A stretch of DNA of 50,138 bases from an uncultured beta proteobacterium (GCA_903909925.1 CAIVXR010000228.1:1-50138); one strand, 5' to 3'. Positions 31,157-42,225 are shown, counted from the first letter of the stretch. The notes: generated from the sequence alone by a model not told the origin. Made by a program: numbers and translations.

Positions 31157-32598
31157 GTTTTAGCCTCCTCTAATAAGGCTTGCACCACACGCTCCATGCG
31201 CATAAACCGTGAACCTTTAATCAAAATATTTAAATGTTCCTTGCTACCAGTTGATTGGGCATGTAAAGCATCTCTCAACTGCACAATAAGACTATCTATT
31301 TCAGAGAAATGTTTTGCACTAGTGGTTAGCAACCTACTCTTCTTAACTTCTTCAAAGCCTTCAATAGCAAATTGACACTGCTGACCTAAAGCAAATAATT
31401 TAGTAACCCCCTGCTCAGCAGCATAAGCACCAACTTCGCGATGAAATTCAGGACCCTGATTACCCACTTCTCCCATATCACCCAAAACTAACCAGGATGT
31501 ATTGCCTGACTGCTTCAATGCATCAATTGCTGCTCTTACTGAATCTGGATTAGCGTTATAGCTGTCATCAATTAAAGTGTGATTGGGATCAATCTTCTTA
31601 GCTTGCATCCGCCCATGAACCGGTAAAAATGATTCAAGACCTTGCCTAATTTTTTCGAGGCTAATACCAGCTGCTAGTGCAACTGCGCTAGCAGCTAATG
31701 CATTGCGTACATTGTGACTACCTAAGGTATTGAGCTGCACTTCTATAGAGCCCAACTCTGTCTGCACTTGCACTTGATCGTTGCTGAGTAAGCGCCCTAT
31801 TACTGCAGCCTGAGATTTTGACTGTCCAGATAGCAAAACAAAATCAATTACTTTTCTCCCAGCAGCAGCTTCATGCCAGACACCTGCGAACTCTGAGTCT
31901 GCGGGGAAAACTGCAACGCCGTCATTTGGCAAAGCACGGAGTGCATCAGAGTGCTCTTGCGTCACTGCAGCTACCGTAGCCATAAATTCTTGATGCTCAC
32001 GCTGTGCATTGTTAATCAGGGCGATATTTGGTTGTGCAATGTTTGCGAGCTGAGCAGTTTCACCTGGGTGATTCATGCCTAATTCAACTACCGCTAGCCG
32101 ATCTGTCGACCGAAGCTTTAACAAGGTTAGCGGTAGGCCAATATCATTATTAAGATTACCCTTGGTAACAAGAGTGTGCTGTTCGCCTACAGCAGCCTTA
32201 AATATCGAAGCAATCATTTCTTTAACGGTGGTCTTACCATTACTACCTGTTACTAAAGCCAATGGAATTGGATGATTGCTACGCCAAGCTTTAGCTAATA
32301 TTCCTAAGGCAATTCTTGTATCTAAAACGCATACAGCGGGTAGATTTACAGGGCATTTATCTTTATTGCTAATAAGCACTCCAGCCGCGCCTGCTTTAGC
32401 AACATCAGACAAAAAGTCATGTGCATCAAAACGCTCGCCTACTAGGGCTATAAATAATTCTTTAGAATCAATTTGACGGCTATCCGTTCCAACTCTTGAA
32501 ATATTGGCCAATTGAGCATCTTGTGCAGAAATATTGAGTAGCACACTGCCAGGTAGCATGGTGTGTACTTGAGCTAGCGTTGTCATTGCAGACATCAA
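31147..32598 (-). CDS. murF: UDP-MurNAc-tripeptide--D-Ala-D-Ala ligase
   Basis: [47 protein letters not shown]. Confidence 0.98.
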   Translation of the reverse strand: MMSAMTTLAQVHTMLPGSVLLNISAQDAQLANISRVGTDSRQIDSKELFIALVGERFDAHDFLSDVAKAGAAGVLISNKDKCPVNLPAVCVLDTRIALGILAKAWRSNHPIPLALVTGSNGKTTVKEMIASIFKAAVGEQHTLVTKGNLNNDIGLPLTLLKLRSTDRLAVVELGMNHPGETAQLANIAQPNIALINNAQREHQEFMATVAAVTQEHSDALRALPNDGVAVFPADSEFAGVWHEAAAGRKVIDFVLLSGQSKSQAAVIGRLLSNDQVQVQTELGSIEVQLNTLGSHNVRNALAASAVALAAGISLEKIRQGLESFLPVHGRMQAKKIDPNHTLIDDSYNANPDSVRAAIDALKQSGNTSWLVLGDMGEVGNQGPEFHREVGAYAAEQGVTKLFALGQQCQFAIEGFEEVKKSRLLTTSAKHFSEIDSLIVQLRDALHAQSTGSKEHLNILIKGSRFMRMERVVQALLEEAKTCS

Positions 32599-34142
32599 GC
32601 CATACCCCCAGTAGCTAAGCGAATATGCTCTTGGTCTGAGAAATCAAATTTTTTGCCCTTAATTTCTTGGGTAGTTTCATGACCTTTGCCTGCAACCAAG
32701 ACAATATCTTGAGGAGCAGCATTCCGCACAGCAGCCATAATCGCTGCAGAGCGATCAATAATCATCTGCACATTTGAATTCTGATTGATGCCATCACAAA
32801 TCATTTTTATGATTGACTGCGGGTCTTCAGACCTAGGGTTATCGCTCGTAATGATGATTTGGTCGGCATACTGCTGAGCGACTGCCCCCATTTGAGGACG
32901 TTTACCAACATCACGATCACCTCCACAACCAAATACACACCAAATCTTTCCGCCTCGTTGCTGTGCTATAGGAGCTAAAGCCTTCAATGTCTTTTGCAAA
33001 GCATCTGGGGTATGTGCGTAATCAACTACTACCAATAAACCCTCTGTCTTTTGCTGCTTACTCACTTGAATTAATTCCATACGCCCGAGTACCGGATGCA
33101 ATTGACTTACCTTCCTGCTTGCCTGCTCACAACTTAAACCTTGGGTTAGCAATACAGTCCACACCGCAAGCGCATTGCTTAAATTAAATTCACCTAATAA
33201 GGGGATATGTAAAACATTACTTTCAGCCCCCTTGTAAGTGAATAAAGAGTCGTATCCAGCACCATTTAAGATGCTATCTTTAGCGTAAATACACTGCAGA
33301 CGATCACCGAACTTTTCAAATCCCTGGAGAGCATCTTGATTAGTTGTATAGGCCCATACCTTGATATCACCTTTAGCTAAAAGCTTCATCGCGATCTCAC
33401 GACCAAATGCATCATCTAAATTAATGACCGCATGCTCTAGCCCTGCAAATGCGAACAGCTTTGCTTTTGCCTCAGCGTAGTGAGCCATAGTGCCGTGATA
33501 ATCTAAATGATCTTGGGTTAGATTTGTAAACACTGCACAATTGATCTGAGTACCAGCTACTCGATTTTGATGTAAGGCATGTGATGACACTTCCATCACT
33601 GCTTGCTTAGCACCAACCTTCAATAATTCTTTAAATTGAGTTTGTAGCTTTGGTGCATCCGGAGTTGTATAGCCAGTTTGTACTAAAGAACCTGTGAAGC
33701 CCGTACCTAAAGTACCCAATACTGCTGTTCGATGGTTTGGTTCATCTAATGCTTGAGCTAACCATTGTGTAATACTAGTTTTACCATTGGTGCCAGTAAC
33801 GCCAATTACTTTTAATTGCTTACTGGGATAGTCATACCATTGGGCAGACAATTCACCAGCTTTTTCTGCCAGGCTTTCAACTGCAATACATTTTGGGTGA
33901 TCTCGATATTCTGTACCAGCACCCACAGGGTCGAATAACACTACAGCTGCACCATTCGCTAATGCAGCATTGATAAATTGACGGCCATCTCGTAATGCAT
34001 TTCCATGACCAACAGGGTAGGCAAAAAAGATGTCGCCAGACTGTATCTGGCGACTATCTGCACTAACCTTAGCCGTACTATTTGCTTGGCTGCGCAAGTG
34101 CTCAATCAGATGATTGGGTTCTATATTCAATGCCGCCCTCAT
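32595..34142 (-). CDS. murE: UDP-MurNAc-dipeptide--meso-DAP ligase
   Basis: GVTGTNGKTS, MEVSSH, DHLDYH, DYAHTPD, DNPR (DAP-specific), AGKGHE. Confidence 0.98.
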   Translation of the reverse strand: MRAALNIEPNHLIEHLRSQANSTAKVSADSRQIQSGDIFFAYPVGHGNALRDGRQFINAALANGAAVVLFDPVGAGTEYRDHPKCIAVESLAEKAGELSAQWYDYPSKQLKVIGVTGTNGKTSITQWLAQALDEPNHRTAVLGTLGTGFTGSLVQTGYTTPDAPKLQTQFKELLKVGAKQAVMEVSSHALHQNRVAGTQINCAVFTNLTQDHLDYHGTMAHYAEAKAKLFAFAGLEHAVINLDDAFGREIAMKLLAKGDIKVWAYTTNQDALQGFEKFGDRLQCIYAKDSILNGAGYDSLFTYKGAESNVLHIPLLGEFNLSNALAVWTVLLTQGLSCEQASRKVSQLHPVLGRMELIQVSKQQKTEGLLVVVDYAHTPDALQKTLKALAPIAQQRGGKIWCVFGCGGDRDVGKRPQMGAVAQQYADQIIITSDNPRSEDPQSIIKMICDGINQNSNVQMIIDRSAAIMAAVRNAAPQDIVLVAGKGHETTQEIKGKKFDFSDQEHIRLATGGMA

Positions 34143-35911
34143 CTTTTCAGAACCACCTGCTGCGTCTGTACATTTGCAGTACGAATCTCGTCAGGGCTCT
34201 TGTCTTGCAAAACCATTTGCTTCACTTTGTTATCAGGTAATACATTGAGAGTATTGAGTGTTTCACTCACAATACTTGAGAACACTGGTGCAGCAACATC
34301 GCCGCCATAGTGACTCCCACCAGTTGGTTCATCAATCATTACCGCCACCACAATTCGGGGAGCACTAATCGGCGCCAAGCCAGCAAAGTAAGCGCGGTAT
34401 TTATTGCCATACCCCTTACCAACTAATTTATGAGCTGTACCTGTCTTACCGCCAACTCTAAAGCCCTCAGCCTGCGCCTTGATTGCAGTACCGCCAGGCT
34501 CAGTAACCGTTTCAAGCATGGTGCGCATTTCAATTGCAGTCTTAGCGGAAAGAACTCGAGTGCCTGGTTTGAAATCAGGACTACGCTCAATTGTTAGCGG
34601 CACTAGTTCTCCATCACGTGCAAATACCGTGTAAGCACGAGCAACCTGAAATAGAGATGCGGAAATTCCGTAACCAAATGCAATCCGCGCCTGATCGGTT
34701 GGCATCCATTTTTTAAAAGGATGTACCGTTCCCGCTACGGCTCCAGGGAAGCCAATTTTCGGCGCCTGTCCTAAACCAACCGCTGTATAAAAATCCCACA
34801 TCTCTTCTGGAGAAAGGTTATTCATTGCAATTTTTGCGGTACCGATATTGCTAGATTTCTGAATAATCTCTGCAACCGTGAGATTTCCATAAGGATGAGT
34901 GTCGGTAATGGGTTTTGGTCCGATAAGATACTTGGCACCGATCACCATATTGGTATCTGGTTTTACCGCGCCTTTTTCTAAAGCAATTGCAATCGTTAAT
35001 GGCTTAATAGTTGAGCCAGGCTCAAATGTATCTGTCAATACGCGATTACGTAGCTGCTCACCTGTAAGGTATTTGCGATTATTTGGGTTATAACTTGGGT
35101 AATTAGCCAAGGCCAAAATTTCACCTGTTTGCGTATCTAAAACTACAGCGCCACCAGCCTTAGCGTGGTGTTTCTCAACCGCGTCCTTAACCGCGTTATA
35201 AGCTAGATACTGAATCTTGCTATCAATCGAGAGATTTAAATCTTTGCCATTTTGCGGCAATTGTAAGATCGCCATTTCCTCAACAACTCGACCTAAGCGA
35301 TCAACCACAACGCGTCTTTGGCCGGCATGGCCAGCAAGCTCTTTCTCTCTAGAAAGCTCCATTCCTTCTTGGCCACGATCCTCAACATTAGTAAAGCCAA
35401 CGACGTGTGCCATCGCTTCGCCCTCTGGATAGAAGCGGCGATATTCGTTATTTAAACCAATGCCTGGAATTTCTAACTGCTTAATTTGTTGTGCAACTGC
35501 TGGCTCAACCTGACGCTTTAAGAAAACCTGCTTACGTTCTTCTTTTAATTTCTTACGTAATTCTGATTCGCTAATCTGCAGCAGACTAGCTAGCTTTTGC
35601 ACTTTGTCTGCCGCCAAATCATTGGGAACTGTATCGTTATAAGCAATTACAGACTTCGCCTCCAAACTAGTCGCAATTACCTGGCCATTGCGATCCAAAA
35701 TTTTTCCACGACTGGCTGGTAATTCCAACTCGCGCTGAGTACCACGCACTCCCTTTGCTTCATAGAATGCATTCCCAGGACCCTGAATCCAAAACGCGCG
35801 AAACAAGAGCATCATGAAAACGAAGAATAAAAGAAATAGCATTAAGCGCGACCGCCACATTGGTAGGCGTAATACTAAATTTGGCGTAGTGGAAAAACCA
35901 ACCGGCTTCAT
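34139..35911 (-). CDS. ftsI: Septal penicillin-binding protein 3
   Basis: RG.ILDRNG, EPGSTIK (SxxK), KSSN (SxN), KTGTA (KTG). Confidence 0.98.
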   Translation of the reverse strand: MKPVGFSTTPNLVLRLPMWRSRLMLFLLFFVFMMLLFRAFWIQGPGNAFYEAKGVRGTQRELELPASRGKILDRNGQVIATSLEAKSVIAYNDTVPNDLAADKVQKLASLLQISESELRKKLKEERKQVFLKRQVEPAVAQQIKQLEIPGIGLNNEYRRFYPEGEAMAHVVGFTNVEDRGQEGMELSREKELAGHAGQRRVVVDRLGRVVEEMAILQLPQNGKDLNLSIDSKIQYLAYNAVKDAVEKHHAKAGGAVVLDTQTGEILALANYPSYNPNNRKYLTGEQLRNRVLTDTFEPGSTIKPLTIAIALEKGAVKPDTNMVIGAKYLIGPKPITDTHPYGNLTVAEIIQKSSNIGTAKIAMNNLSPEEMWDFYTAVGLGQAPKIGFPGAVAGTVHPFKKWMPTDQARIAFGYGISASLFQVARAYTVFARDGELVPLTIERSPDFKPGTRVLSAKTAIEMRTMLETVTEPGGTAIKAQAEGFRVGGKTGTAHKLVGKGYGNKYRAYFAGLAPISAPRIVVAVMIDEPTGGSHYGGDVAAPVFSSIVSETLNTLNVLPDNKVKQMVLQDKSPDEIRTANVQTQQVVLKR

Positions 35912-36174
35912 TTAGTCTCCTTTAAGTACAAAGTACGTTCAGGAGAAATCGGAGACATGCGTAGTTGATTGCGTGCCACATCACGGATACGCGCAGACTT
36001 CGAAAGATTACGTTGCTCATACTCTAAACGTAACCAGTCTTGATTTAATCTACGTTCTTCAATTTGAGCACGTTCTTGTGCGATAAATAATTTACGGGCA
36101 CTTTGCTGAGCCGCTACTAGCGATAAAGCGCAAATCAATAACAAGGCGAGCAAAGTCAAAGTGGCGCGATTCAT
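35908..36174 (-). CDS. ftsL: Cell division protein FtsL
   Basis: N-terminal TM plus coiled coil; lies between rsmH and ftsI. Confidence 0.93.
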   Translation of the reverse strand: MNRATLTLLALLLICALSLVAAQQSARKLFIAQERAQIEERRLNQDWLRLEYEQRNLSKSARIRDVARNQLRMSPISPERTLYLKETK

Positions 36175-37121
36175 GCGGATGCATCCATCCTTTTTTCGGC
36201 AATCCGCATGATGGCCGAACGAGCACGTGGGTTTTCTAATACCTCGGCTTCACTTGGCTTAATACGGCCAATGATTTCTAAAGCGCTTTGTGGCAAATCC
36301 TTTTCGCGCACAGGTAAACCACGCGGCACTTCTACTTTTGAATGCGTCTGGAAAAACTGTTTCACGATCCGATCTTCTAAGGAGTGAAAACTAATAACCG
36401 CAAGTCTTGCGCCTGGCTTCAATAAACTCAATGCAGCCTGCAGCCCATGCTCTAAATCCTTTAACTCGCGATTAATAAAAATCCGCAATGCTTGAAAAGT
36501 CCTAGTAGCTGGGTCTTGACCAGCTTCACGCGTACGCACCACACTAGCCACCAAGCTTGCTAGTTGCATTGTCGTTTTTGGGGACAGGCCTTCTTCTCGC
36601 TTTGCCACAATGGCTTTAGCAATCTGAAATGCAAAACGCTCTTCTCCGTAAGTCTTAATCACGTGTGTGATTTCCTCCTGCGGTGCCTGCTCTAACCACT
36701 CTGCAGCTGTTAGGCCTTGATCTGTATTCATCCTCATATCGAGAGGACCCTCGCGACGAAAGGAAAAGCCTCGATGCGCTTCGTCTACTTGTGGTGAGCT
36801 GATTCCTAAATCCAATAAAATTCCATCGACTGATTCTGTTTGCGCGTACTGCGCCATCTGTGCAAAGCTGTCGTGCACGATAGTCAAGCGTGGGTCGTTG
36901 ATTTTCTCTGCTACCGCAATCGCATCCAAATCCTTGTCGAACGAAATCATGCGCGCAGATGTAGGAAGCTGTTTGAGCAAAGCTTGCGTATGACCTCCGC
37001 GCCCAAACGTTCCATCGATTACCAGAATATTGTTTGCTGTGTTTTGTTTTTGAATTAGCGGGCCACTGATTAGCGCCGTCACCGCCTCGGCCAGTAACAC
37101 TGGGCGATGAGTCATGTTCAT
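36171..37121 (-). CDS. rsmH: 16S rRNA m4C1402 methyltransferase
   Basis: [48 protein letters not shown]. Confidence 0.98.
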   Translation of the reverse strand: MNMTHRPVLLAEAVTALISGPLIQKQNTANNILVIDGTFGRGGHTQALLKQLPTSARMISFDKDLDAIAVAEKINDPRLTIVHDSFAQMAQYAQTESVDGILLDLGISSPQVDEAHRGFSFRREGPLDMRMNTDQGLTAAEWLEQAPQEEITHVIKTYGEERFAFQIAKAIVAKREEGLSPKTTMQLASLVASVVRTREAGQDPATRTFQALRIFINRELKDLEHGLQAALSLLKPGARLAVISFHSLEDRIVKQFFQTHSKVEVPRGLPVREKDLPQSALEIIGRIKPSEAEVLENPRARSAIMRIAEKRMDASA

Positions 37122-37133
37122 AGCGCCCTGTCA

Positions 37134-37565
37134 TCAAAAATTAAATTGCTTGAGTGCTTCAGGCATGCCTAGTGCAATGGCAGCCTGTTCTTTTGCAGCA
37201 TATGTAGCTGCGTCCCACAACTCCAAGTGACTACCCATGCCAAGCAAGATCACTTCTTTTTCGATTCCAGCTGCCGCACGTAATTCGGGGCTCACTAAAA
37301 TTCGACCAGCATTATCTAAATCGATTTCTGCAGCATTGCCGAGAAAAATTCTGCGCCACCAATGTGCATCCATAGGAAGTTGAGCAACTCGGGCTCTGAA
37401 ACTTTCCCACTCGGGCCTTGGAAATAGCAGCAAGCATCCATCTGGATGTTTTGTGAGCGTGATGCGACCATCGCCTTGAACCAACAAGGCGTCACGATGC
37501 TTGGCCGGAACCGACATTCGACCTTTTGCATCCAAATTGAGAGCTGACGCACCTTGAAACACCAT
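37134..37565 (-). CDS. mraZ: dcw cluster transcriptional repressor MraZ
   Basis: LDAKGR.SVP and D.AGRIL SpoVT/AbrB repeats; start is ATG 37565 or the adjacent GTG 37562. Confidence 0.97.
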   Translation of the reverse strand: MVFQGASALNLDAKGRMSVPAKHRDALLVQGDGRITLTKHPDGCLLLFPRPEWESFRARVAQLPMDAHWWRRIFLGNAAEIDLDNAGRILVSPELRAAAGIEKEVILLGMGSHLELWDAATYAAKEQAAIALGMPEALKQFNF

Positions 37566-37569
37566 TTAC

Positions 37570-37621
37570 CCCACTTTTTCACACTTCCTCCCACTTTAGA
37601 GGATCGCAATAAGGGGGTCAA
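37570..37621 (-). promoter_or_regulatory. mraZ/dcw sigma70 promoter with three MraZ-binding direct repeats
   Basis: -35 TTGACC (37621-37616), 17-bp spacer, -10 TAAAGT (37598-37593); 10-bp-period repeats AAGTGGG/AAGTGTG/AAGTGGG match the known MraZ GTGG(G) boxes. Confidence 0.85.
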
Positions 37622-37780
37622 GTGTTTTTGGGTATTTTTTTGGGAAATTCTCTAGTGTTTACAAACACTTAGCGTCATGTCTTGAGAAAATAGTGATAAT
37701 AAAATAGCTACTTGAAACAATGGCTTGGAAAATATACTTAAGAATAGGTCTTAGCTATATGACTAGATAATGCTCAAATA

Positions 37781-37800
37781 TACTGTATTTATGAACAGTA
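37781..37800. promoter_or_regulatory. LexA (SOS) box
   Basis: TACTGTATTTATGAACAGTA = TA-CTGT-N8-ACAG-TA with AT-rich spacer, in intergenic DNA. Confidence 0.75.
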
Positions 37801-37804
37801 GAAC

Positions 37805-37853
37805 CTAAAAAATATATCAAAATTAATCTGTAATTCAATTCCCAGATTAATTT
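37805..37853 (-). terminator. Probable terminator of the bioB-coq7 transcript
   Basis: 11-bp IR AAATTAATCTG (37820-37830) / CAGATTAATTT (37843-37853) about 25 nt past the coq7 stop, followed by a T-rich run on the minus strand; the stem is AT-rich and weak. Confidence 0.45.
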
Positions 37854-37876
37854 AGGCTAAATCGTAAATAACAGTT

Positions 37877-38506
37877 TCAAATTTTGTAAGCGGTGGTCGT
37901 CATCACTTTGGACATGGCTTGCATTATTTTTTGAATTGGCTGAGGCAAGGTTTCTCCGCCTGCATGTGTAGCCTCTTGTCCATGCTCAATTTCATCCATC
38001 CGCATTTGATCAACAATTGCGCGCGAACGATGATCCTCTTCGGGTAAGTTTTTGAGATGACTCTCAAGATGCCGCTCAACTTGTTTTTCAGTTTCAGCAA
38101 CAAAACCTAAGCTCCATTTATCGCCTGCTAAGCCAGCTGCCAAGCCGATTGCAAAGGATCCTGCATACCAAAATGGATTGAGATAACTGGTATGCGAACC
38201 AAGCTCTTTAAGGCGGGTTTCACACCAGGCCAAATGATCCATTTCTTCTTGGCCTGAGTGATTCAGCATCTCTTTAATGTCTCCATTTCTGGCAACTAAT
38301 TTTTGTGATTGATATAAAGCTTGCGCACAAACTTCGCCTACATGATTGATACGCATCAATCCCGCTGCATGTTTACGTTGCTCAGAATCTAATGCGGCAT
38401 TTGCCCCAGATTCGGAGCCAGGGGTAGGTCTTTGAGCGTTTGCTCCCCCAACCACAGAACGAAGTGCGGTATCAAACTCAACAATGAAGCGGTCAATTAG
38501 TGTCAT
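37877..38506 (-). CDS. coq7: Demethoxyubiquinone hydroxylase (di-iron, Coq7 family)
   Basis: MR.NH.GEVCAQALY, E.DHL.WC..RL.ELG, ETE.QV..HL, DE.EH di-iron motifs. Confidence 0.95.
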   Translation of the reverse strand: MTLIDRFIVEFDTALRSVVGGANAQRPTPGSESGANAALDSEQRKHAAGLMRINHVGEVCAQALYQSQKLVARNGDIKEMLNHSGQEEMDHLAWCETRLKELGSHTSYLNPFWYAGSFAIGLAAGLAGDKWSLGFVAETEKQVERHLESHLKNLPEEDHRSRAIVDQMRMDEIEHGQEATHAGGETLPQPIQKIMQAMSKVMTTTAYKI

Positions 38507-38516
38507 ATATAGAAAA

Positions 38517-39554
38517 TTAAACTAAAACTTCAGTTTTATAGCTTTGCTTTGTCTTTAATCCCAATTCTGCCAAGAGCGCACGGTCTTCTTCTGCCTCTGG
38601 ATTACCGGTAGTAAGTAATTGCTCACCATAGAAGATTGAATTGGCACCTGCCAAGAAACACAGCGCCTGGACAGCTCTTCCTAACTGTTGGCGACCAGCA
38701 GATAAACGCACGCGGGCCTTGGGCATTGTGATACGAGCAACTGCAATGGTTCTAACAAATTCCAGAGGATCCAAAGGCTTTTGATCGGCCAAGGGTGTTC
38801 CAGCAACAGGCACCAAGTGGTTGATGGGAACAGACTCAGGATAAGGACTTAAATTTGCTAAACGCGCTAAGAAAGCAGCCCGCTGTTCACGAGATTCACC
38901 CATTCCTACAATACCGCCACAGCAAACAGACATACCCGCTGCACGAACATGAGAGATCGTATCTAAACGGTCCTGATAGCCACGGGTAGAAATTACTGAA
39001 CGATAAAAATCTTCGCTGGTATCGAGGTTATGGTTATAAAAATCCAGGCCAGCTTCTTGTAGCGCTTGCGCTTGATTAGCCTCTAACATACCCAAGGTGG
39101 CACAGGTTTCTAGGCCTAAAGCTTTAACGCCCTTAATCATTGCGACTACTTTTTCGATATCGCGATCTTTAGGCTCGCGCCAAGCTGCACCCATACAAAA
39201 GCGGTTTGACCCTGCTGCCTTAGCAGCTTTAGCAGCCTCTAAAACCTCTTCTAGGCCCATCAACTTCTCAGCCTTCACATCGGTGTCGTAGCGTGCAGCC
39301 TGCGGGCAATAGCTGCAATCCTCAGGGCAGCCACCAGTCTTAATGGATAACAAGGTAGCAAGCTCTACATCGCCTTCAGGAAAATAAGTTTTATGAGTCT
39401 CTTGAGCTTTGAGCATCAATTGATCAAAAGGCAGGGCAAACAATGCTTCAATTTGAGCCACGGTCCACTGGCCAGAGGCATCTAACTCTTTGCGTAAATT
39501 AGCCTTAGATTTGACTAAGGTAAGAGGTATTTCAGCGGTTTGGGCGTCCAACAT
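38517..39554 (-). CDS. bioB: Biotin synthase
   Basis: [14 protein letters not shown] radical-SAM motif, [21 protein letters not shown]. Start 39554 preferred (39584 possible). Confidence 0.97.
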   Translation of the reverse strand: MLDAQTAEIPLTLVKSKANLRKELDASGQWTVAQIEALFALPFDQLMLKAQETHKTYFPEGDVELATLLSIKTGGCPEDCSYCPQAARYDTDVKAEKLMGLEEVLEAAKAAKAAGSNRFCMGAAWREPKDRDIEKVVAMIKGVKALGLETCATLGMLEANQAQALQEAGLDFYNHNLDTSEDFYRSVISTRGYQDRLDTISHVRAAGMSVCCGGIVGMGESREQRAAFLARLANLSPYPESVPINHLVPVAGTPLADQKPLDPLEFVRTIAVARITMPKARVRLSAGRQQLGRAVQALCFLAGANSIFYGEQLLTTGNPEAEEDRALLAELGLKTKQSYKTEVLV

Positions 39555-39643
39555 GGGTAAATTCCAGAAAATAGATCCATTCAAGGCATAAACATAACAG
39601 ATACAAGCCGGAAATTGGAAAAACTAGTGGTCAAATATCAAAC

Positions 39644-40990
39644 ATGAAGGTTATTTCTGATTTAAATCAGCCCACTCTTGTTGACCGCAGCCTGGCTGCC
39701 GTTTGGCACCCCTGCACCCAGATGAAACATCATGAGTCTTTTCCCTTGATTGGCATCAAAAAGGGGAAGGGAGCATGGCTCTATGAGGAGAATGGGAATG
39801 CCCTACTCGACTGCATCAGCTCCTGGTGGACTAATTTATTTGGCCACTCTAATCCAAGGATTAATCAAGCCATTATTCATCAGCTAGAAAAGATTGAGCA
39901 TGTCATGCTGGCAGGTTTTACACATGAACCAGTAGTTGAGCTCTCAGAAAAACTTGCTGCACTGACAAACGGAAATTTAGGCCATATTTTTTACGCATCA
40001 GACGGTGCGTCTGCAGTAGAAATTGCTTTAAAGATGAGTCACCATTTTTGGCAACTCGATGGTAAGCCCCAAAAGAAAAAATTTGTCTGCCTAGAAAATG
40101 GCTATCACGGAGAAACGTTAGGTGCATTAGCGGTAACCGATGTTGCTATCTTTCGAGAAGCTTATGGCTCACTCCTACAAGATGTATACACTGTCGCATC
40201 ACCTGATGCACGCAAAGCAAAAGTTGGTGAGAGTGCAAAAGATGTTGCAAAACATGCAGCAGCCAAACTTGAAAAATTATTCGAAAAAGAGCATCAACAC
40301 ATTGCTGCCATCATCATCGAACCGCTAGTGCAATGCGCGGGGCAAATGGCAATGTATTCCCCTGAGTACCTTCGACTCGTCAGAGACCTATGCAATCGCT
40401 ATGAGATACACCTAATAGCGGACGAGATCGCTGTTGGTTGTGGACGTAGTGGTAAGTTTTTTGCTTGCGAGCATGCGGGGATCTGGCCTGATTTCTTAAC
40501 TTTATCTAAGGGCATTAGCGGCGGCTACCTTCCTCTCTCGCTTTGTATGACCACCAACACAATTTATCGTGCTTTTTATAGTGATCAAACCCAACAAGGC
40601 TTTTTACATTCACACTCATATACTGGTAATCCGCTTGCCTGCTCGGCAGCACTGGCCTGCTTAGAGATTTTTGAAACTGAAAAAGTTTTAGAAAAAAATA
40701 TTGGACGCTCGCGAGATTTAGAAAATGCATTTGCATGGGCAAAAACAGACCCTCGCATAGAGTACTGGCGCCAACAAGGGATGATTCTGGCTTTTGACGT
40801 AAAAAGTCAACATCTTAAAAATCCGAATAGCTTTCCACGTGAAATGTTTGCCAAAGGATTAGAAGAGGGAGTTCTCATTAGGCCAATCGGCAATACGATA
40901 TATGTCATGCCCCCATTCATTTTATCCGCTGAAGAAGCAATGCAAATGGGTAAAGCGATTCAGCGTACCTTAGAGAAAGTTTTGGCATGA
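39644..40990 (+). CDS. bioA: Adenosylmethionine--8-amino-7-oxononanoate aminotransferase
   Basis: VWHPCTQMK, SSWW.N..GH, YHGET.GA, LIADEIAVG.GR.G, LSKG..GGYLP. Confidence 0.97.
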   Translation: MKVISDLNQPTLVDRSLAAVWHPCTQMKHHESFPLIGIKKGKGAWLYEENGNALLDCISSWWTNLFGHSNPRINQAIIHQLEKIEHVMLAGFTHEPVVELSEKLAALTNGNLGHIFYASDGASAVEIALKMSHHFWQLDGKPQKKKFVCLENGYHGETLGALAVTDVAIFREAYGSLLQDVYTVASPDARKAKVGESAKDVAKHAAAKLEKLFEKEHQHIAAIIIEPLVQCAGQMAMYSPEYLRLVRDLCNRYEIHLIADEIAVGCGRSGKFFACEHAGIWPDFLTLSKGISGGYLPLSLCMTTNTIYRAFYSDQTQQGFLHSHSYTGNPLACSAALACLEIFETEKVLEKNIGRSRDLENAFAWAKTDPRIEYWRQQGMILAFDVKSQHLKNPNSFPREMFAKGLEEGVLIRPIGNTIYVMPPFILSAEEAMQMGKAIQRTLEKVLA

Positions 40991-42225
40991 CTAGCTCATT
41001 TATCGCCCTAGGTCTTGCACAAGAGCAAATTGCAAACTTAGATACGCAACTACTCAAACGAAAATTACGTATTACTCAATCACCTTGCGATACCGAGGTA
41101 ACAATAGATAGCAGGCAGCTCAAGGCTTTTTGCAGTAATGATTATCTTGGCCTCGCCAATCATCCAGACTTAGTCGATGCCTTAGCACAAGGTGGCCAAC
41201 AATATGGTGTTGGTAGCGGTGCTTCACATTTAATTAGCGGTCATAGCGCAGCACATGAATTACTTGAGAAAAAATTAGCGTCTTTACAAGAAAAACATAT
41301 CCCTAAAGTACGTGCCTTATTTTTCAGTACTGGCTACCTGGCTAATTTAGCGGCCATTACGGGTTTAGCTAGACTTACTCAGCACGGAGATCTGAGTATT
41401 TACTCAGCCAAGCTTAATCATGCTTCGCTGATTGATGGAGTTCGGTTGGCAGCTACACAGATGAATGCGGCAGTGAACTTATTCGATCACACTCAGCTTG
41501 CTTCGTTAACTGACGCACTCAAAAAAGATACAAAATCCCTTAAGCTCATTGTGATTGATGGTGTCTTTAGTATGGATGGTGATCTAGCGCCTGTTACAGT
41601 ATTACTTCAGATTGCAGAACAACATGATGCTCTGTTGATAGTTGACGATGCCCATGGCTTTGGAGTGCTAGGTAAGCAAGGTCACGGGATCTTAGAACAG
41701 GAAAATATTCAGTCTGACCGCATCATCTATATCGGCACCTTAGGAAAAGCTGCTGGTGTCAGTGGCGCTTTTATTTGCGCACAAGATGCTTTTATTGAAT
41801 GGCTCATTCAAAAGGGTCGCCCTTATATTTACAGCACCGCAACCCCACCTGCTATTGCACACACCCTGCTCAAAAGCCTTGAGATCATTGAAAGTGATGA
41901 GGGCAAGAAGCGTCGCAGCCAACTCAATGAGCTCATCCAGATTTGGCAAGATGAAATGATATTTTCGGAATGGAAAAAGATTCCTTCTTGCACTCCTATA
42001 CAACCAGTGATCTTAGGTAGTAATGCCAATGCACTCATGGCAGCAAAGCTATTAGATCAGGCAGGGTACTGGATTCCGGCGATTCGCCCACCAACAGTAC
42101 CTCCTGGTAGCGCACGCTTACGGATTACTTTCTCTGCAAATCATAGCGCTGATGATTTACGTAAACTCATCACTACCTTAAACAGAATCGAGCAGGAAGT
42201 ACATCAAAAGGCAAGTCATGACTAA
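40987..42225 (+). CDS. bioF: 8-amino-7-oxononanoate synthase
   Basis: FCSNDYLGLA, LNHASLIDG, FSMDGD, DDAHG.G, GTLGKA.G, AIRPPTVP. Confidence 0.96.
   Translation: MTSSFIALGLAQEQIANLDTQLLKRKLRITQSPCDTEVTIDSRQLKAFCSNDYLGLANHPDLVDALAQGGQQYGVGSGASHLISGHSAAHELLEKKLASLQEKHIPKVRALFFSTGYLANLAAITGLARLTQHGDLSIYSAKLNHASLIDGVRLAATQMNAAVNLFDHTQLASLTDALKKDTKSLKLIVIDGVFSMDGDLAPVTVLLQIAEQHDALLIVDDAHGFGVLGKQGHGILEQENIQSDRIIYIGTLGKAAGVSGAFICAQDAFIEWLIQKGRPYIYSTATPPAIAHTLLKSLEIIESDEGKKRRSQLNELIQIWQDEMIFSEWKKIPSCTPIQPVILGSNANALMAAKLLDQAGYWIPAIRPPTVPPGSARLRITFSANHSADDLRKLITTLNRIEQEVHQKASHD

Noticed and set aside
36655-37137. 160-aa alternative-frame ORF in rsmH (also 37316-37621 in mraZ)
   Set aside because: Out-of-frame overlap with well-conserved genes; no protein-like features.
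37650-37810. Tiny ORFs (8-16 aa) around the LexA box
   Set aside because: No SD and no distinctive composition; expected by chance in AT-rich DNA.
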